Assembly (NCBI GenBank): GCA_910586065.1 | Contig: CAJUGI010000001.1 | Location: 229,616 to 293,615 of the forward strand | DNA length: 64,000 nucleotides | DNA from: an uncultured Christensenella sp. | Lineage (GTDB): Bacteria; Bacillota; Clostridia; Christensenellales; Borkfalkiaceae | Direction: 5' to 3' | Part shown: positions 60,316-64,000 of the stretch, piece by piece | How the letters are laid out: each line of letters starts with the position of its first letter | Position numbering within the stretch: position 1 is the first letter of the stretch | Translations under genes and position numbers: made by a program | Notes under the pieces: model-generated | Databases searched by the model: none | Told to the model about the DNA's origin: nothing | What the model saw: only the letters and a program-made list of their open reading frames with translations

Positions 60316-63300
60316 AAAATAAAGTAAAGAAAATTTTGTTGCCCGTATCAAAGGGTATGGCGCTTACGTTTACGCTGGCTTTCGGCGTGCTGACGGTAGG
60401 AACGACGATTGCAAACGCAAATGCGAGCGTAATAACTTCCTATTTGGGCGGCGGCGGAACAAACATAGTTTATATCGACAACGGGGAAGTTTCGACGGAT
60501 AACGATTATTACAAGTCGGAATATTCTTCCGTAAAGGAAGTGAGAGGCGCGGGTATAGACTTTACCCAGACGACAATGGAAGAAGGCGCGGTGCTTTTGA
60601 GAAACGAAAACAACGCTTTGCCGCTTTCTTCGACTGATAAGGTAAGTTTGTTTTCGGCGTCTTCGGCAAAATCGGTTGTATCCGGTTACCGTGAGTCGGG
60701 CAAGGGCAATGACGCGGTGAGCTTTAAAGACGCGTTCAAAGACGCTGGCATAGACGTTAACGAAGACTTATATAACTGGTATGCAAACAGTTCTTACGGC
60801 AGAAAATCCGTTATGGGACACACAGGATTTGCAAACGTATATGCGATTGGCGAAGCGCCCTGGTCGGCGCTGCCCGAAAGCAAGACGGCGGCGGGATATA
60901 ATACCGCGGTGTTTGTGGTTTCGCGTATTTCGGGCGAGGCTTCGGACGTGCAGTTAAGAGACCTTGGAGAAAGCCGCTATACTTCGCATGCGGTTTTCGA
61001 CGGGAAGAACGGCAACTATCTGTTGCTTTCCGCAGAGGAAGAGGACGTTTTACAGAACCTTAAAGCCGAAAAGGATAAGGGAACGTTCGATAAAATCGTC
61101 GTGATTTTAAACACTACAAATCAGGTTGCGTGCGACTTTGAAGATAAGTACGGCGTGGACGCGCTGCTTTACACCGGTTCGACCGGTTCCGCGGGCACCA
61201 GAGGTATTGCAAATCTTTTAAAGGGAAGCGTGAATCCTTCGGGCAAGCTTTCGGATACGTTCTGGAAAAACCACTATCTCAATCCCGTACTTGCAAACTG
61301 GGGCGCTTACGGCTTTAACAGCGGCAACTCGGGCGCGCCTTATTCGGCTTATCCCTACGCGAACAATACCGGTTATGCGGCGGTTGTTTATCAGGAAGGA
61401 ATTTATTCCGGTTACCGTTACACGGAAACAAGATACGAGGATAAAATTCTCGGCACCGCGGGAGTGGGCGAATTCAATTACGGCGAAGTAGTTGCCTATC
61501 CTTTCGGTTACGGACTTTCTTACACGAACTTCAATTACGGGGATATGGCTATAAATTACGACGCCGAAACCGATAACTTTGAAATTTCGGTTAAAGTAAC
61601 GAACGCTGGCGGCGTTGCCGGCAAGGAGAGCGTTCAGCTCTTTTTACAGAAGCCTTATACCGATTACGACAAGGAAAAGGGCATAGAGAAGGCTTCGGTA
61701 GAGCTTGTGGATTTTGCAAAGACCGCAAAGCTTGAAAGCGGCGCGGACGAGACGATTAATTTCACCGTTGCAAGGCGCGAACTTGCGTCCTATGATTCTT
61801 ACGGTGAAAAGACTTATATCGTTGAAAACGGCGATTACCGTTTTGTTGTGGGGCACGACGCGCACGACGCTGTGAACAACATTCTTGCCGACAAGGAAAA
61901 GACGGGTATGACCGATATTTCCGGCGCAACCGTTGCAGGCGACAAAGCCCTTGTTAAAACCGTGACCGTAGGGGACGGCGACAACCTTTATAAGGCTTAT
62001 GCAAAATCGGCGAACGGCACGGATATAACAAACCGGTTCGACGACGTTGATTTGAAGCTTTACGAACATTCCGGCGACAAAGAAAAACTGAATTATATTA
62101 CCAGAAACAACTGGTCGGGTACGGTTAAACTTGGATTTAACGCCGACGGAACGCAGATTTCAGACAGCTATTACAGACCGACGATGACGGCGGGAATGCT
62201 TGCGGCGATGAATCCCAACCCCGACGCTCTTGCGGTAGCGGGAGATTTGCCGGTTATGGGTTCAACCGAAACGGCGTGGCAGCTTATCGATATGATTCAG
62301 GACGAAGAGGGCAACAGAGTTGACATCCCTTACGGCGACGAAAAGTGGGAACAGCTTTTAAACCAGCTGACTTACGCCGAAATGGCGGAATTTTTGAGCG
62401 ACGCTTACGGATTTACGTATGAGATAAATTCGATAAGCAAACCCAAAACCACCGACCAGGATTCGGACCTCGGCGTAATTAACGCATACTCTTTCGGTTC
62501 GAGCGGACTTGCAAACAAGCTTGCAGACCCCGACAAGGACCTTTACCCCGCGGCTTACGTGGACAACGGCATTGTTGCCGCAACGCGCAACCCCGAACTT
62601 TTATACGAATACGGTCTGCAATGGGGCGAGGACTGCCTGTGGGCGGGTTACTCCGGTTTGTACGGCACGGGCGGAAACATTCACCGCAGCCCTTACGGCG
62701 GACGTAACTACGGTTATTACAGCGAAGACCCCGTTCTGATGGGCAAATGCGTTTCGCAGATTAACGTCGGTATGGAAGAAAAGGGCTCGTTTATGATGAT
62801 GAAGCACTGTATGCTCAACGAGCAGGAGGCAGGGCGCATCGGTATGAGCAGCTGGGCAAACGAGCAGACTATAAGGGAAGTTTATTTAAAGCCTTTCCAG
62901 ATTGCGATAGAAGAAGGCGGCGTTCAGGGCGTTATGACTTCGCTGAACCGTTTGGGTACTCTGGCGGCTCCCCATCATCCGTTTATGAACACGGTGCTCC
63001 GCGGCGAGTTCGGAATGATAGGTTATAACGTAACGGACAGCTGGATGCCTTATAACGCTAGCAAGCCTTCGGAAGGACATATGGAACTTATATCCTGCCT
63101 GATTGCAGGCAACGATTTGCCTTTGGGCGGTGCGAGCGTGCTGAAGAACAACGAGGCTAAGTACAACACGCGCGAATATGCGAACGTCGTATGGGCAATG
63201 CGCAACGCGACTCACAACGTGCTTTACTCGGTAGTTCATTCGAACGCAATGAACGGTATGTCGAAAAATACCAGAATAATCACTTTCCAGCCCGAATGGC

Positions 63301-63479
63301 AGTACTATCTCGACAGAATAAATCCCGCGGTTGCGGTTCTGTTCGGAATAAGCGTTGCGTTCTTTGTGGGAATGGAAGTATGGAGTTACTTCGGCAACGG
63401 AAAGAAAGCGGCAAAAGCCGGCGAGAGCGACGGCGAACCCGAAAAGACCGGCGGCGACGCGCCCGACGGTGAGAATTAA
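60312..63479 (+). CDS. Membrane-anchored GH3 glycosidase with circularly permuted domain order
   Basis: The alpha/beta-sandwich domain comes first ('GAVLLRNENNALPL', 'SVNPSGKLSDTF'). Next is the Fn3-like 'YPFGYGLSYTNFNYG'. The catalytic barrel comes last ('GRNYGYYSEDPVLMG', 'KHCMLNEQEAGR', 'GMIGYNVTDSW'). There is an N-terminal signal/anchor and a C-terminal helix AVAVLFGISVAFFVGMEVW. Confidence 0.85.
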   Translation: MKNKVKKILLPVSKGMALTFTLAFGVLTVGTTIANANASVITSYLGGGGTNIVYIDNGEVSTDNDYYKSEYSSVKEVRGAGIDFTQTTMEEGAVLLRNENNALPLSSTDKVSLFSASSAKSVVSGYRESGKGNDAVSFKDAFKDAGIDVNEDLYNWYANSSYGRKSVMGHTGFANVYAIGEAPWSALPESKTAAGYNTAVFVVSRISGEASDVQLRDLGESRYTSHAVFDGKNGNYLLLSAEEEDVLQNLKAEKDKGTFDKIVVILNTTNQVACDFEDKYGVDALLYTGSTGSAGTRGIANLLKGSVNPSGKLSDTFWKNHYLNPVLANWGAYGFNSGNSGAPYSAYPYANNTGYAAVVYQEGIYSGYRYTETRYEDKILGTAGVGEFNYGEVVAYPFGYGLSYTNFNYGDMAINYDAETDNFEISVKVTNAGGVAGKESVQLFLQKPYTDYDKEKGIEKASVELVDFAKTAKLESGADETINFTVARRELASYDSYGEKTYIVENGDYRFVVGHDAHDAVNNILADKEKTGMTDISGATVAGDKALVKTVTVGDGDNLYKAYAKSANGTDITNRFDDVDLKLYEHSGDKEKLNYITRNNWSGTVKLGFNADGTQISDSYYRPTMTAGMLAAMNPNPDALAVAGDLPVMGSTETAWQLIDMIQDEEGNRVDIPYGDEKWEQLLNQLTYAEMAEFLSDAYGFTYEINSISKPKTTDQDSDLGVINAYSFGSSGLANKLADPDKDLYPAAYVDNGIVAATRNPELLYEYGLQWGEDCLWAGYSGLYGTGGNIHRSPYGGRNYGYYSEDPVLMGKCVSQINVGMEEKGSFMMMKHCMLNEQEAGRIGMSSWANEQTIREVYLKPFQIAIEEGGVQGVMTSLNRLGTLAAPHHPFMNTVLRGEFGMIGYNVTDSWMPYNASKPSEGHMELISCLIAGNDLPLGGASVLKNNEAKYNTREYANVVWAMRNATHNVLYSVVHSNAMNGMSKNTRIITFQPEWQYYLDRINPAVAVLFGISVAFFVGMEVWSYFGNGKKAAKAGESDGEPEKTGGDAPDGEN

Positions 63480-63505
63480 GGGTAAAAACAAAACTTAATT
63501 AAAAG

Positions 63506-63531
63506 CCCTGCCGGCGGCAACGGCGGCAGGG
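63506..63531 (+). terminator. Hairpin after the permuted GH3 gene
   Basis: Stem ccctgccg/cggcaggg. No clear U-tract. Confidence 0.4.
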
Positions 63532-63598
63532 AAATAAATTAAAAACTTTATATTATTTCATAAAACAAAACAAAAAAATTACGGAGGTTAAAAATTTT

Positions 63599-64000
63599 AT
63601 GAAAAAATTAAATAAAGTGCTTGCAATTTTGTGCACGAGCGCAATTGCGGTAAGCGGCGTTGCCGCATTCACAGCCTGCGGAGGCGACGGCGGTCACGAC
63701 CATAACGCTCATTTAACCTATGTGAGCGACGGCGCGACACAGCACCACGGCGAGTGTTCGGAAGACGATTACAAGACTGAAAAAGAAAACCACACCTGGG
63801 GAACCAACAACAAGTGCACGAAGTGCGGCGAAGACAAACCCGCGGAAGTATCTTTAACACTTGACAAGACGACGGCTTCGGTAGAAGTGGGCGAGACGGT
63901 GACGATTACCGCAACCGTAACCGGCAGTACCGCGGCGGTAGAGGCAACTTCGGGCACGCCCGCAAACGCTACCGTTACGGTAAACGGAAAGGTTGTAACA
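63599..64000 (+). CDS. Lipoprotein with a Cys/His-rich N-terminus and a Big_2-like Ig domain (3' end outside window)
   Basis: GGAGG ribosome-binding site. MKKLNKVLAILCTSAIAVSGVAAFTACGG, then 'HDHNAHLTYV...HHGECSEDDY...NNKCTKCGEDKP', then 'LDKTTASVEVGETVTITATVTG'. The frame is open to nt 64000. Confidence 0.8.
   Translation, partial: MKKLNKVLAILCTSAIAVSGVAAFTACGGDGGHDHNAHLTYVSDGATQHHGECSEDDYKTEKENHTWGTNNKCTKCGEDKPAEVSLTLDKTTASVEVGETVTITATVTGSTAAVEATSGTPANATVTVNGKVVT

Overview
The window looks like chromosomal DNA from a spore-forming Clostridia-class Firmicute, at roughly 48-50% GC by eye. This rests on spoIVA, the tig-clpP-clpX-lon-engB synteny, many lipobox lipoproteins and GGAGG-type ribosome-binding sites. 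Genes use the standard code 11 and are tightly packed, often with ATGA/GTGA start-stop overlaps. I saw no rRNA, tRNA, CRISPR array, transposase, integrase or obvious prophage or defence genes.

Content from left to right:
- An LRR surface protein and a lipoprotein, followed by a large Opp/Dpp-type ABC transporter operon.
- A CXXC-tail membrane protein with a membrane polyferredoxin fused to a TlpA-type thioredoxin domain. It converges on a three-lipoprotein operon whose largest member carries a paralogous thioredoxin domain.
- An M18 aminopeptidase.
- An rqcH operon containing two winged-helix/TM paralogs.
- tig-clpP-clpX-lon, a DUF3592 pseudogene, then engB.
- A hydrolase/ATP-grasp cluster.
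- spoIVA.
- A 1016-aa repeat protein.
- RNase J.
- A TrmR-like methyltransferase with a U32 peptidase, then aroA and dinB.
- A tandemly duplicated module of a double-HTH regulator plus a small protein.
- degV.
- Two GH3 glycosidase loci around a LytTR two-component system.

The best candidates for undescribed biology are:
- the polyferredoxin::thioredoxin and lipoprotein redox cluster (11.7-19.8 kb);
- the duplicated regulator/small-protein cassette with diverged operators (50.8-52.4 kb);
- a two-copy conserved ~140-nt intergenic element, plus a short motif that recurs just after stop codons;
- the DYxxLAxKV-repeat protein beside spoIVA.

All calls come from reading the translations and the sequence. 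No database search was run.
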